A DNA stretch of 63,498 nucleotides, the filler included, from Patellaria atrata CBS 101060 (taxonomy: Eukaryota), in assembly GCA_010093705.1 (NCBI GenBank). It is 6 parts of 6 records of this genome, joined end to end, with 100 filler letters (N's around TTAATTAATTAA, not from the genome) between each part and the next. Parts side by side here need not be neighbours in the genome. Positions count along the whole stretch, not along the records: positions 1 to 24,533 come from MU006097.1; 5 more parts are not named here. One strand, written 5' to 3'. Position numbers and translations under genes: made by a program. Each line of letters starts with the position of its first letter. Within the stretch, counting starts at the first letter, position 1. Below, piece by piece: positions 1 through 13,266 of this stretch. The notes below the pieces were generated by a model. That model was not told the origin of the DNA and did no database searches. It saw only the letters and a program-made list of their open reading frames with translations.

Positions 1-345
1 CCTCAATTGGAGTCATATTGGTGGTGGTGGAGTAAAAAGTAGTCCTTATTATTCTCCGGATACGTGTATTTTGACAACTAAATTTTGGTGGGCGACCGTG
101 CACGCTCTGAAACCGTGCACGGCCTGAACAAGACCCTTACGGCGCTGTGGGAACTGCGAAGGGACTGGACATAACGCTCGAACATGTAAAAAGGATTTAG
201 AAGAGACTTCTAAATCCGATACGAGTACAGGTTACGCAGGTTCTCTATTTGATAGCGATTAATTTAATGTTCTCTACAACAAGTTGTTCGTGCCAAGAAA
301 TTCTGCGACACTCGGTGGTGTGCGACACTCGGTGGTGCTTTACGT
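1..345 (+). mobile_element. 3' end of a Fot1/pogo (Tc1-mariner superfamily) DNA transposon
   Basis: Frame 140-262 reads RRCGNCEGTGHNARTCKK...*, the C-terminal zinc knuckle of Fot1 transposases. The right TIR has a 17-bp tandem (TGCGACACTCGGTGGTG at 304-320 and 321-337), ends ACGT (342-345) and is followed by TA. Confidence 0.85.
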
Positions 346-517
346 TAAAGCAAGAACACTGAAAGGCTGCGAAAAGAGAAGCACATCGCGCTCAAACAGG
401 CGAACACTAAGACAACAGGTACCGAAACTTTCTCCTCACCCCCAGTAGTCACAAACTCAACTGAGGGAAAGCCCCCCAAACCATAGGTTTGTATTGGGAG
501 TGCTGGCGCATTCATTT

Positions 518-801
518 GGGAAAGTATACGGACACTTCAAAACGTACTTTTAGACCCGAGCTAACTGTAGGACTACTGTATGCCCCAGCGGAGCTACCTA
601 TGGCAGGAATCCCAGTACGGGTAATACCTTACGTGTTCTACAACAAAATATAATATCGCGTTAAGTAAAATATAGTATTTTAGTATAGAATAATGTATTG
701 TCCGTATGGGGATTCCTGCTAGATAGCTCATCTGGGCATACAGTAGTCCTATAGTTAGCTCGGGTCTAAAAGTACGTTTTGAAGTGTCCGTATCCTTTCC
801 C
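518..801. mobile_element. MITE / foldback element with ~100-bp terminal inverted repeats (possibly Mutator-type)
   Basis: GGGAAAGtATACGGACACTTCAAAACGTACTTTTAGACCCGAGCTAACT... from 518 is the near-perfect reverse complement of the arm ending ...GAAGTGTCCGTATcCTTTCCC at 801. The spacer is AT-rich and non-coding. Flanks CATTCATTT / CATTTATGG resemble a decayed 9-bp TSD. Confidence 0.75.
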
Positions 802-1016
802 CATTTATGGTGGATATTTCTTACAGAATTAGGACGTGTGACTTTTTGAAACAGGTAGAAATATAGGAAGGGTTTAGTAGAGTAATAATAGTATCATTTC
901 TATCTGATGTTTACCTATGGTAGGTCTTCATGACCCTCTAACCAGCAGAACATCCTGAGGCCCTAGTTCAATATCTCATTTATGCCTATTCAAAAAATAT
1001 GTTAACTCATATACTA

Positions 1017-1601
1017 CTACACTATGGCAGCAACCACGCCGACAGCTGCAACGAACGCCCCGGCCATAGTTCTTTGATTTGCCGCTCCCGATGATGTGGG
1101 GGCTGACGCATCTCCCGTCTGTGTCTCTGCTGCCTGCAGCTTCTCTAGACCTTCTGAGATAGTGACTGGCAAATAAGTGATATCAGAACGTTCGAGCTGG
1201 GTCGAAGTGAGTGTTGGGAACGATGCCTGCACCGTTGGAGGAATGTCGCCACCTATACTTGCTGTACAGAAAGCATCGGTCGTGCCAGTTAGATCGCAGT
1301 GGACAGATGTTGTGATAGTGGCGGCATCGGCAACGACGATAGCGCCAACGCTTTCGAAGACAGATGGACCTTGAGTGACGGTGAAGGGCTCAGGAAATCC
1401 GCATGCGATATCATCAGAGGGGTCGATTGCAGTAGCAGTAGAGCTATCACATGAAACAGCGTAGGTCGTGGCTGTGGAATCGACGTCTACGATCGAACCG
1501 ACTAGTGGTTGAGGGTCTGCCAGTATCATGAAGATCTGTTGTGTGACTGTAGATTGAGCAGCTACGGATGTTGCTAGGATGATTGTAACGAAGGAAATCA
1601 T
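1017..1601 (-). CDS. secreted Ser/Thr-rich, probably GPI-anchored cell-wall protein (194 aa)
   Basis: N-terminal signal peptide (MISFVTIILATSVAAQ), four Cys in a TTYAVSC...C...TVTQGP...C...C core, small-residue omega-like site (SSGAA) and hydrophobic C-terminus. Confidence 0.8.
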   Translation of the reverse strand: MISFVTIILATSVAAQSTVTQQIFMILADPQPLVGSIVDVDSTATTYAVSCDSSTATAIDPSDDIACGFPEPFTVTQGPSVFESVGAIVVADAATITTSVHCDLTGTTDAFCTASIGGDIPPTVQASFPTLTSTQLERSDITYLPVTISEGLEKLQAAETQTGDASAPTSSGAANQRTMAGAFVAAVGVVAAIV

Positions 1602-2500
1602 TTTAGAGGCTACCAGAGTTTCTCTAAGAGTTTGAATTAAGAGTACGAATACAGACTATTGAATGGATAGAAATTGTAAGGTTATGAATAAGGTGAAAAC
1701 GAAATTGCGCGGGTGGTTTCTTTGCTTATAAGGCAGCTAGTGAATGTTGACCCCTTTTTATTTCAGTCTTGGCAGGGTTTGGAACATCAACGGTCGCAGG
1801 TCTGGGTACCAGATCTTGTATCTCTTGAACCTGAACCTTATAACACAAAAAGAATATATCTCTTTGAGGATTGCATTTGAAAGTGAAATGTTATTGATAT
1901 TTCAAGTTGTACCTTGGCATTTCAAATGCTACTAAAAGACCGGCTCCAGCAAGCATAGTAATTTGACTGTTCCCAGTATCTGAGATAACTATCCTGAGCA
2001 TCTTCAACTTCAATCCATACTTTGACTTACGGGCCTAGGGATCTGCCTTCTGCGTGTATAAGCATGTTTTTGGACGTCTGAGTTAACAAATATCTCTTCA
2101 ATAGCCTCGAAAAGACACTCGACACCTCTTTACTCACCCCCCTTTCCAGAGTTGAAAAAAGTCTTTTTCTTAACTATTAAACAATCCTACTTGCTAGCAT
2201 TTCCTTTCTATAGTTTTTCAAGGTAGACTCAACTGGCATAGCTGGTTTCAAGATCATGGAATTATTTCACGTAGAACCGTGCTAGCTGCACTACGAGAAA
2301 AATGAAGACCTATGTTATACTTGATTCACTAAGACTTCTGTAAATATTAGCCTTTCACGTACCATTTCATGGATCACTGCCTCTCTATTGAACCTGAATG
2401 AAGGTATATGTACAGTGCAATACCGATCTCCACCACGATCAGCTTTAAAGGTGCTTAAAGTGTTTTCTTAAGCAAACACTATCCTTCAATCCTAGGAGGT

Positions 2501-3489
2501 TCAAGGGTCTCCCGGAGTTCTACTTTTGCGAGGTTGTGAAGCAAGACCTTTTTTCATGAGCAATGGTATGATATCGCCAGCTTTAGTCCTAGAGAGATTT
2601 TTCCGACAAACGGGGCACTGCGAACGTTTTGCTTCACCAGCCACGGCTCGGTTCTCACCAGCAATGAGAGACTCCATGATACACGTATGGCAGAATAAGT
2701 GTCCTAACTGATGTGAGCTACCAGTAGTTTGAAAAGGGTGGGAGAGAAGAACTTACCACATGATGTCGCGGTAAGATCAGTAGGATTATCTAGGCATATG
2801 ACGCAGGTCAAGGTCGATAGCCGTATTGGTTTGTTACTCGCCTCCTGCTGCGCCTTTATTTGGTCTGCTCGCTGCTTCTGTATAGCTAGTGAATCTTGAT
2901 CTTCCACTAGGTCTACCCTTTCCACCTCCTCGGGGGCTTGACCTAGGGATATGTGCTCGCCTGTGGAGAGTTTCTGCCGTTTAATCGAAGGACGGGGCAT
3001 ATTGTTGGTAGCCGATGAAACAAGGGGATCGGGTCTTGTCAAAGGTTGACTAGAGTGGAAGATTGTGGGACTTGTATATTCTTCGGTGAGGTCGACAAAA
3101 CCAGCTTGATGAGTACTGGTATTTCTCGATGGCATGATATCGGGAAAAGCGGAGGAAAATGATGGGAGCGTTATGTCAGTGTTATTGTTGTAGCTAGTAT
3201 ACCATGGACTTTCAAACTCGGGATGCCGATATGACGTCGTTTGTTCTATGTTTGTGGTGCTGGAGGTACGAGGAAAGCGTAGATCAAGCGTTCGACGGGG
3301 AAGATGTGAGGGGGCGTGAGAGGGTGACTGTATGTTCTGTGCTGTGACAGGTGAAGAATCTAAGGTGAATTCGGAGAAGACGTCGTAGTCTGAATCGTTC
3401 TCCAGGACACCATTGTTACGAGGAGAGCTGCTGCTGTTAATGTGGTATACCTCGGGTTCGTGGCGTGTATGAGGTTGGGAGTCGGACAT
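2501..3489 (-). CDS. RING-finger E3 ligase with SUMO-interacting motifs (Slx8/Rfp/RNF4-like STUbL)
   Basis: Exon 1 ends CVICLDNPTDLTATSC. Intron 2704-2756 (GT..AG). Exon 2 reads GHLFCHTCIMESL...QCPVCRK...*, completing a C3HC4 RING. SIM-like FVDLT and VERVDLVED lie in a disordered N-terminus. Confidence 0.8.
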
Positions 3490-3847
3490 AGCGGGAGACC
3501 AGGCTATTGCCGCTGCATATGGAGATTTACGATAATGAGCACTGGTATTGTACAGTCAATGTTGGGGCGAGGACATAAAAATTGATATTGATTCTGCGCT
3601 GAAAGTGTAACAAAAGAAACTATATACTCGTCCGGTCCATGTGTAACATTTAACTTTTGTATGAGATGCGAAGCGATAGGATGCCCAGCGGTACAGTACC
3701 AGCAAGAGGATAATTCCACTTCACGTGACTTCGTAACGTACTATACCATGACGCGCAACGATATGACTCCACCTCGACTCTCATCTGTTCCGAATTCATT
3801 TCTTCTTATACCGCTGTGTATACCATGATACTACTACTAGTGAGAAT

Positions 3848-6800
3848 ATGCGCCTTAACTCTAACCTAATCTTTTTTGCCAGAAGAGTAGCTCCAACCTG
3901 CACCAGGAAGAATTGCCTCTCAAACGTTACCCCTATCGTTCATCCACCACAGCGATGTAGTTCGACAACCACCTCTCAAAGGAATGAGGGGAGTAAGCAA
4001 CTATCTGGTACATTATATCCTGTTCTCGAATTTCTCAATAATTAATCTAATGTAGTCCCGTCGCAATCGCGATTCAACGAGATTGGAGTGCAACAGTTAA
4101 GCACTCATGTTCATCCCCAAATTTTTCCTGGCAAATCAACTCTTCCTCCCACCGAACTAGTTCAGTTGTCAAAAGACCACCTGATGCGCCATGACCTGTT
4201 CGGTAAGAATACAGATACGACACCGCCCGTTGCATTCGACCTACCCACACTACAAGGTGCAACACTTGACGAACATTTCTACAAGCTCGGTATGGACTCT
4301 GCGGAACCATATCTGTCCCAGGCCAAGAAATTTGCCAGAGCAAATGCTCCGCCTAGACCTCGTAAATGGGTAACAAGAAGTGGCTGGACCAAGTATTATC
4401 AAGATGGGACATCTGAGCCAGTGGATGCGCCTAATGAAGCGATGTTGACGTTTGATACTGAAGTTATGTGGAAGGAGACATCCTTCGCATGCATGGCATG
4501 TGCTGTAAGCCCTACATCATGGTATGCTTGGATATCGCCTTGGCTACTGGAAGAATCCGAGACGGACCGCCATTTAATCCCGCTCGGGGATCCTTCTCAA
4601 CCACGGGTTATTGTTGGTCATAATGTGGGGTATGATAGAGCTCGAATTTCTGAAGAATATGATTTGCAACAGTCAAAGAACAACTTTCTGGACACAATGT
4701 CCTTACACGTGGCTGTGAATGGGATGTGTTCTAGGCAGCGCCCAAGATGGATAAAACATCGGAAAGATAGGGAGCTGAGAGATAAGATTGCCAGTTCGGA
4801 TGATAGTGCCGATTTAAACGCGCTTTTAGAGGCAGGCAAACTCACAGACGAAGAGGAGGAGTTGTGGGTTGGACGGAGTTCCGTGAATTCTCTACGGGAT
4901 GTTGCTCAGTTTCATTGCGGAATAACCATTGACAAGGCTCGTAGGGAGTATTTTGGTGAATTAGACAGGGCTGGGATTCGGGAAAGATTAGACGAGCTGT
5001 TGGACTATTGTGCTGCAGACGTGGATATCACCCATAAAATCTTCAAGAAGGTCTTTCCCAACTTTCTGGAAACATGTCCACATCCGGTCAGTTTTGCAGC
5101 GTTACGGCATCTAGCTGCGGAGATTCTACCTACCAATTCTTCATGGGATGCATACATTGCCAATGCAGAAGCTACTTACCACAAGCTCTCAGGTGATGTT
5201 GAACAGCGATTGATCAATCTTGCTGAAAAAGCATTGGAGATCAAGGATCAACCAATGAAATATAAATCAGATCCATGGCTTAATCAACTCGATTGGTCTG
5301 GACAAGAAATCAAAATGGTCAAGGGAAAGAAGAAAAATGATCCCCCAAGGCCAGCAGCTAGGCAGAAAAAGCCCGGAATGCCAAAATGGTACAAAGACCT
5401 ATTCCCAACCTCAAGTGGGCCTATCAACCTCACGGTACGGACGAGGATCGCACCTATTTTATTGCGACTCTCTTGGGATGGTTTCCCTCTGGTATGGTCA
5501 GACAAGCATGGATGGACATTCAAAGTTCCTCTAAGCAAGGTGACAGAATATAATGAGAATGCCCTGGTTGAATGCGACCTGTCAGAGGAGGAGAACCTTA
5601 TTCTGAGAGATGATAGGTCAAACAGGTATTTTAAGCTACCTCATAAAGACGGGCCTACCGCACGTTGCGCCACTCCATTAGCTAAGAGCTACCTCACCTA
5701 CTTCGAAAAGGGAACACTCTCCTCGGAGTATTCATATGCCAAAGAAGCATTGGAGATGAACGCATCATGCTCGTATTGGATTAGTGCAAGAGATAGGATC
5801 ATGTCCCAATTGGTCGTTTATGATGAGTCTAGATATGAGGGAACCCAAAGTGATAAGATCGGATATATTCTGCCACAGGTCATTCCTATGGGTACAGTGA
5901 CGAGAAGAGCAGTTGAGAACACGTGGCTTACGGCTAGTAATGCGAAGTCTACTCGGGTTGGATCAGAGCTGAAATCTATGATCAAGGCACCACCAGGTTT
6001 CTGCTTTGTCGGAGCAGATGTCGATTCACAGGAATTATGGATCGCTAGTCTTATTGGAGATGCTCAATTCAAACTTCATGGTGGTAACGCGATCGGTTTT
6101 ATGACATTAGAGGGCATAAAAGCTGCTGGTACAGATTTACACTCCCGGACAGCCAAGATCTTAGGTATATCAAGAAATGATGCAAAGGTTTTCAACTATG
6201 GAAGAATATATGGTGCCGGAGTCAAATTCGCCTCAGCGTTATTGAGGCAGTTCAATCCAAATCTTTCGGAAGCCGAAACGACGGCTATTGCATCAAATTT
6301 ATACGTGGAGACTAAAGGCAAGAAAACTACGAGGAAGGCGCTCCATGATCGACCATTTTGGCGTGGGGGTACAGAATCGTTCGTGTTCAATAGATTAGAA
6401 GAATTTGCAGAGCAAGAACATCCTCGTACCCCTGTCCTTGGGGCAGGTATTACGGAAGCTCTGAAGCGTCGATTCATCAGTAAGGGCGCATTCATGACAT
6501 CAAGAATCAACTGGGCCATCCAGTCTTCAGGCGTAGATTACCTCCATCTCCTGATAGTGTCTATGGAATATTTGTGTAAGAGATTCAATATCGAAGCTAG
6601 ATTAGCAATCACCGTTCACGACGAGATTCGGTATCTAGTAAAAGAGGAGGACAAATATAGAGCGGCGATGGCTCTTCAAGTAGCAAATGTATGGACAAGA
6701 GCTATGTTCAGTCAACAGGTGGGTATCGATGATTTACCACAAAGCTGCGCATATTTTTCCGCCGTTGATATCGACCACGTCTTGAGGAAAGAAGTTGATA

Positions 6801-7270
6801 TGGATTGTGTGACTCCTTCACACCCTAACAAGATTCCACCGGGAGAGAGTCTCGATATTGTGCAACTCCTTGACAAAGGCAAAGCGGCTTTGTTAGACTC
6901 AACGATCATACCAAAAGAGATACCTAATGTAGATCAATACCCATACACTTTCCGTCAAACAGTCATCTCTACGCTTGATGGAAAATCGCCTGACTTGAAT
7001 TTCCTGAAGGCACAGATATCAATTGACGATAAGGAGCTGAGGGAAATTATAAAGGAAGTACGTCCACCAGTACCCAGGAAATCACGCACTCCTCTTAGGA
7101 ACCCTTCTGAACCGTTACGACCACATAATCATCCTCAGGGTGCCAATTTGTTACCTGTTGAGGAAGATTGGAATCGCACCAAGTTCTTCAGAGATTGGGA
7201 AGCTAGTAAGCAATTCCATGGATGGCAGCTGAGTAACCAAGCCATGCGAGCAAGACCTTACGGAATATGA
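3848..7270 (+). CDS. mip1: mitochondrial DNA polymerase gamma
   Basis: Exonuclease motifs (FDTE, GHNVGYDRAR, YCAADV) and family-A polymerase motifs (VGADVDSQELW, AKVFNYGRIYGAG, ITVHDEIRY). Intron 3993-4055 joins the presequence exon in frame (SRFNEIGVQQLS). Confidence 0.97.
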
Positions 7271-7967
7271 AGGATCTTTTGTCATCGGTATTTTCCACCT
7301 GTGTTGCACTATATAGTTCTATGCATAACGAGGCGTTTATATCTAGAGGATTCGAGTGTGTTGTAAGGGAATTGACCACGGATGTTTGTAAAACAGAGGT
7401 AATAGGCTAAAGGATTGCCTTGGTTACTGAATCACATAAACATTCTACTTTGTACCTTACAGTAAAACCTTTCTGCTGTATTGTAGATAGTTACAATATT
7501 TCCATAATGAACTTTGTCGAGAAAGCCTCGAGAGTCTACCCGTACCTCTGTACTTCGTCCCTAACCTCATCAAGGGGGTAACTGGGGTCTGCCCCGGAAA
7601 CGTCGGATCACAACTCTTAAAATAACAATGTGGCTTGTACCCGCAAGAAGCACCTCAATAGGAAATATTTGCTATCAAGGATTTATACTGTATGTCCAAA
7701 GATTTAATAAATAATCGAACTATCGGTGGTGCGAATACCCAAATTCTCCCATCGTGGCTTAATCATCAAGATTGAGGTGTTGGTAGTAGGGAAATTCTCT
7801 TTTTCGGTCCGGCGCGGGATCATTAATCTTATTGTACCTACCTTTGATTTTACGGATTTATATTCATGACATCTCCTCTACTCAACATTTAAGCTGCAAC
7901 ACTACTACAACGAAGAAGCATACTCACATATACTCAGTCCCTCCAGTCTTCACATTGTAGCATTAAC

Positions 7968-9584
7968 ATGTCAGAGTCAGGCATAGAGCCGTTTCCCCTA
8001 ATCACACCTGCTCACACCATCATCCGCACTGAGTCTAAACAGAATGGCAGCACGCGACAGCGACGGAAATCTAGTGGTTTAGGAGGAGACCCTAGAGGCG
8101 ATACAGCGGTTAATGCGCTGGCGACGTTATCAGATCGGACGCCGCCATTGACTCCTACAATTGTACGTTCCGATTCTTCCTTTCCGCTACTCAATGCTCC
8201 CATCTATTAGGCCATTCGCTCATTGCAATTACTAGTCACGGAGTCCAGAGAAGGGTACACGCCGATCCAAACGCCGCAAAGTCAAGACATTCTTTCGCAG
8301 GTGGAAAGCGACTTCACTCCGCCATACCTGGCTCAACCCGCTACTGCTATGTCTTTTGATTGTCTCGCTATATCTTCTGAATCCAAGCCCGTCGAATCCG
8401 CTCCACGCGGCATTATTCCTTTCATATCCGTTGCCTAAACCCGAAAACGCCTCTCTAGATACACCCACATACTATGGTAAAGGGGGGAAAGACTTTGCCT
8501 TCGTGGCATTCTATACTATCTTCCTCTCCTTTACGCGCGAATTCCTCATGCAGCGCATCATTCGTCCTATCGCTATTCGCGCCGGTATGAAGAGTCGAGC
8601 AAGGCAATCACGTTTTATGGAACAGTTCTACACGGCCCTATATTTTGGTATATTTGGTCCTTTCGGCGTATATGTGATGAGTAGGTCTCCGGTATGGTAT
8701 TTCAACACCGTGGGCATGTACGATGGATTTCCCCACAGGACGCATGAAGGGATATTCAAGGCCTATTATTTGCTACAAGCAGCCTACTGGAGCCAACAAG
8801 CAATTGTTCTTATACTCATGCTTGAGAAACCGCGGAAAGATTTTAAAGAGCTGGTCGCACATCACATCATCACGATCGCACTTATCTGGTGTTCCTATCG
8901 ATTTCACTTCACATACATGGGTTTAGCAGTCTATATAACACACGATATCTCAGACTTTTTTCTAGCTGTACGTTCTCTTCATCCAATTACGATCTTCGAT
9001 GGGATATATGTGGATATCGTTGCTAACTATCGTTCTAGACATCGAAACTTCTCAACTACGTCGATGCCCCCATTGTAGGACCATACTACTTTGCCTTCAT
9101 GTTGGTTTGGACGTATCTCCGACATTATCTAAACATTCGCATCTTAATCTCCTTATTCACTGAATTCAGCACCATCGGGCCTTTTGAGCTCAATTGGGAT
9201 ACACAGCAGTACAAATGTTGGATCTCGCAGTACATCACCTTCGCTCTATTGGCTAGCTTACAGGCCGTCAATTTGTTCTGGCTCTTCCTGATTTTTCGCA
9301 TCGCGTACCGTTTTGTGAAGAGCTGGGGCGAGGTAATTGAAGATGAGCGAAGCGAGTATGAGGGGAGTGAAGATGAACTGGAAATAGATAAAGAGGCGAT
9401 ACCGAATGGGGTGACCAAGAGAGACCCTGTAGTTGTGATAGAAACGAGTAAGGCGAAGAATAAGAAGGCTATCAACGGGAGTGCCTCACATCCCGTACCA
9501 CAAGTCGTGATAAATGGCGAACCTGTGGATGTGGATAGTCCGGCGGCTCACACGAGGTCTAAGGACAAAAAGAAAAATAGATAG
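7968..9584 (+). CDS. lag1: ceramide synthase (Lag1/Lac1 family, TRAM-LAG1-CLN8 domain)
   Basis: Lag1p motif RKDFKELVAHHIIT...HDISDFFLATSKLLNY across exons. Introns 8163-8235 and 8968-9038 restore the frame. Acidic C-terminus EDERSEYEGSEDE. Confidence 0.93.
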
Positions 9585-10070
9585 AAGGTGGAGATGTTTT
9601 AGAACTGGGTCGGCTCTATTCATTCTCCTCTTGCTCATGAACTCTTCTTGCTAGACAAGGCCGCTGGATAACGGTATATGCGATAACTAACTTAAGTAGA
9701 ATATTGTAATGATGAAAGAAGTTATTTGGGGTAGATACTTGTGATGGTGATTGTACGGCACGGGGATATCATGAGGAAATGAAGTACATCGCATTGGATC
9801 GCTTAGGATCACTTACTCTTGTAATATGCATTAATAGTAAGGTAGTATAATTCTGTCTACAACAAATAAACAATTCATATCCTACAGTTAATCAATTTCT
9901 TCGAGCTCTGGTGACCTTTGTATAAGGTAGTAAGCCGGCGTAGCCGGGATAGATGTACCGCAGAACTACAGCGGAAATATTCCGTACTGTAAGGTAGCCC
10001 ACTGACAACGAGCTTATGGTAACCTACCACTGCCCAACACTCGATTTACAAGCTCTGTTTAAAGCTCAAC

Positions 10071-10695
10071 ATGCCCGGCTCCGAATACTCTGCGGTATCA
10101 GGGGGCGTCTTGAAACTCAAAGGTGCTGGTATCGAAAAGAAAAGGAAGAAAAAGAAAGTGGGACCTCAAGAGACATCGACCGCACGCGTCGGATCTCCAA
10201 AGGCAGAAAGTGAGATTACCGAATCACCAGAGAAAGAACATAAGACTATGTCAGGCATTCGAGACCATGTGGACGAAATTGACGATTCCATCGGCGATTC
10301 CAAATATGGGAAAGCAGTCGATGGGGCAGCAATCGAGGGGCATAAGCACGAGCATCTAACGGATTCCATGAAGAATGACATAGAACAGACAAAAGGGAAA
10401 ACGGAGGCCGAGAGAAATTACGAAGAGAGAAGGCGTAGACGGGTGAGTTAACCAACAGAACTCACGATTTCTGAAATCTAGGAGCTTGTATGACCATGTT
10501 TTGGTTGACTCAGAAGCAGCTTGAGGAACGTCTTAGGCGCGAGGGTGGAAAGACACATAAGGAGAGAGTTGAAGAGCTGAATAGATACTTATCGAGCCTC
10601 AGTGAGCATCATGATATGTGAGTAATGTGCATTTGCTATGAAGCATAAGGAATCAGATACTGATGAAACGTAGGCCGCGTATTGGACCCGGATAA
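10071..10695 (+). CDS. FAM32A/DUF1754 family small nuclear protein
   Basis: N-terminal GGVLKLKG + poly-Lys; KTEAERNYEERRR; spliced C-terminus KTHKERVEELNRYLSSLSEHHDMPRIGPG* over two introns. Confidence 0.88.
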
Positions 10696-11303
10696 CGTAC
10701 TATCGATGCTTTTCTCCTCGGAAGCAGCATGTCATCTTGGTTTCAATCAATCATTCGATTAGACTTTAAACTGACGTCTAATGGGGTTCAATGGGTAGGA
10801 GTTCCTACGATTATTCGTAGGGTGTGAATATGTCGTTGTTCACACCACCTAGGTCACTGCGCGCTTCTAGTACATATGTGTCTACCATAAGTTCAAAAAA
10901 CTTTTCTAGTCTTCCAGGATATATACAGTTCGGCTGTCTGTACAGTCCAATCTTTACATGCAGTGGAGTCGAAGCGCCTTTTTTCTGAGAGGGCCTCAAC
11001 CATACATTGAGCTACCTTGGGAGAGTCATGACGAGGAACGGATACTGTCAAGCCATCACAATACGAACAAAGACCAAGCAGACATCTATAAAAAGCGTTA
11101 TTTCCGAGGATCCATGAAGTCTCACTCTTACCGTGTTATGTCTGAGCTCCAATATACAGATAGAGTACTCGTTAATGAAGATATCCTTGGTTTGGAAGTA
11201 TCATTCCAAGATTTGATACGATCGACGGTTGCTCCAACAGCATAATCACCAACCTAACAAATTGTGAAGGTCCAGTTTCGATCTGAAGTGCGTGGGTTTA
11301 TTT

Positions 11304-12743
11304 CTATACGTTCCATATCTTGAGTACATTTTCCACTGTAGCATTAGGACCACTCCGCTTTTGCGCGAGTAGCAAAAGGTTCAGTGCTCCGGTGGCAAGG
11401 TACGCAGGACAATTTACCCGCCGCATCTCATCTACCACTGCGCTCATTTTTTCACATATTGACCGAAGGTCTCCAACAGAACTGTAATCGAGTACTGACT
11501 CCTCGCCTTTTATTGCTCGTATCATAGCTCCACCACATTTCCGAAACATCTTACTGCCACCTGCTGCGTCGTTTACCAATTCGAAGAACTGATCAAGGGG
11601 TAGGCCAAGGTGATGCGCAAACCCGATTGCTTCTGAAGCGGCGCAGATATAAATTCCCATTAGCATATTGAGTACCAACTTGATATGGTGATCTTGCTCT
11701 TCAGAAGATACTTCACTATTGACTTTCAGAACGGGGTCCGGGTAATATATACGAACCATTCCCGAGTCATCATTCGGGCCATAGCCCTGGGATAACCCGG
11801 AGAGGTAAACCTGCTCACTGATTGAAGAGAGCGGTGTTGGGAACTGTTCGAGACGTGCCATAGAGGTGATGATACCCTAGTAGTGTGAGTACAATATACA
11901 TGTGCAATTTTCTTTTACATATACACACCACATCTTTCAGTATAATAGTCAACGCACTAACCCCTGGGAAATAGTCTTCTTCCAATATTCGCAGTACTCT
12001 ATTCTCGAACATCCACGACCATGAATCGGAATTAATAATAGCACCCTTGACTACTCTCGCGTTAAGGCCAAATCTAGCAGCCGCGCCCATCGCTTCGGAG
12101 ACGGACAGGATGTGGATCGCAGCAAGCACCTGATGAACCATTTTCATATTGCTGCCTGCTCCTACACCACCCCTAACAATATAAAGTTTCTTTGTGTCTG
12201 CCATCTCGGATAGAATAGTCTTTCCTTGATTGATTGCGGCATCTGATCCCCCGGCCATGATTGAAAGTGTTCCATTTGCTGCTCTAGCTGCACCCCCAGA
12301 AACCGGGCTGTCGATGAATAAGATGTCGTCTCTGCCAATCTCCTTGAGTTTACGTTCCACAGATTGAGCGTAGGCGGCGGGTACTGTCGAACACAACAAA
12401 AATGTTGCCCCCTTTGGTAGGGCTACAGATAGACCGGTAGTCAGTCGAGAATTATATGTTTCTGGTGTTATTCTATCTAACCTTCTATAATCCCCCCTAC
12501 ACCAAACATCGCTGTCTCTGCTTGAGCTGCAGTAGCTACCATGCAGATGTAGTACATACTCTCAGCAGCAGAATCAGAGAGAGATGTGACCGCAAGACCT
12601 CCAGCGGCCTCGAACCGTTCCACGCTCTTCGAAAATACATCGTATCCTTTCACCGGATATCCTAACTTGACCAGATTCGTTGCCATACCCAATCCCATGG
12701 CTCCTAGGCCACAGAAACCAATTACCGGCTTCACAGAAGACAT
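11304..12743 (-). CDS. beta-hydroxyacid dehydrogenase (3-hydroxyisobutyrate / L-threonate dehydrogenase-like) with a duplicated C-terminal helical domain
   Basis: Rossmann motif IGFCGLGAMG, DSPVSGG, catalytic GAGSNMKMVHQ; second NAD_binding_11-like repeat (KLVLNMLMGIYICAASEAIGFA). Two introns at about 12424-12481 and 11878-11929. Confidence 0.88.
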
Positions 12744-13266
12744 TTCTTTTTCCACAACCTCTCGATAGTCTGTAGGGGTACTAGATTCTAATAATCTATT
12801 CTGGTAGGGATAGAGCGATTGGATTTTCACGTTTCTGAACAGAAAGTAAAGAAGATTATCAGTCGCGACAATGTAAACTTTGCATAGTTCTGGATGAGAT
12901 TTTGACACAGATTCTTTTACTCTCCGAGCCGTATACATATTCAGAGAAACCTCAAGACCTAAAAGTAAGATCCAACGCTTATACACCAACCTTGGGTACA
13001 GAAAAGTGAACTTGTGCTGCGGGGTAGACCCAAAAGGCCCTAGAACTACCTGTAACCTGGAAACGATACCGGTTGTTTAGACCGGCTATTATTATTTTTT
13101 CTTGAGATGTGCGTACAAGCAATGCGTAATAGAGAATCTGTTCGAACACTGCGCACATGAGATGACGTTAGCTCCACTTCTAAACTATTTGAATAATAGC
13201 TTTACATTAGATTTGACAGGTTTTCACCGAATCGAATCAGTCATACCGTCCTTACGCACTACAACA

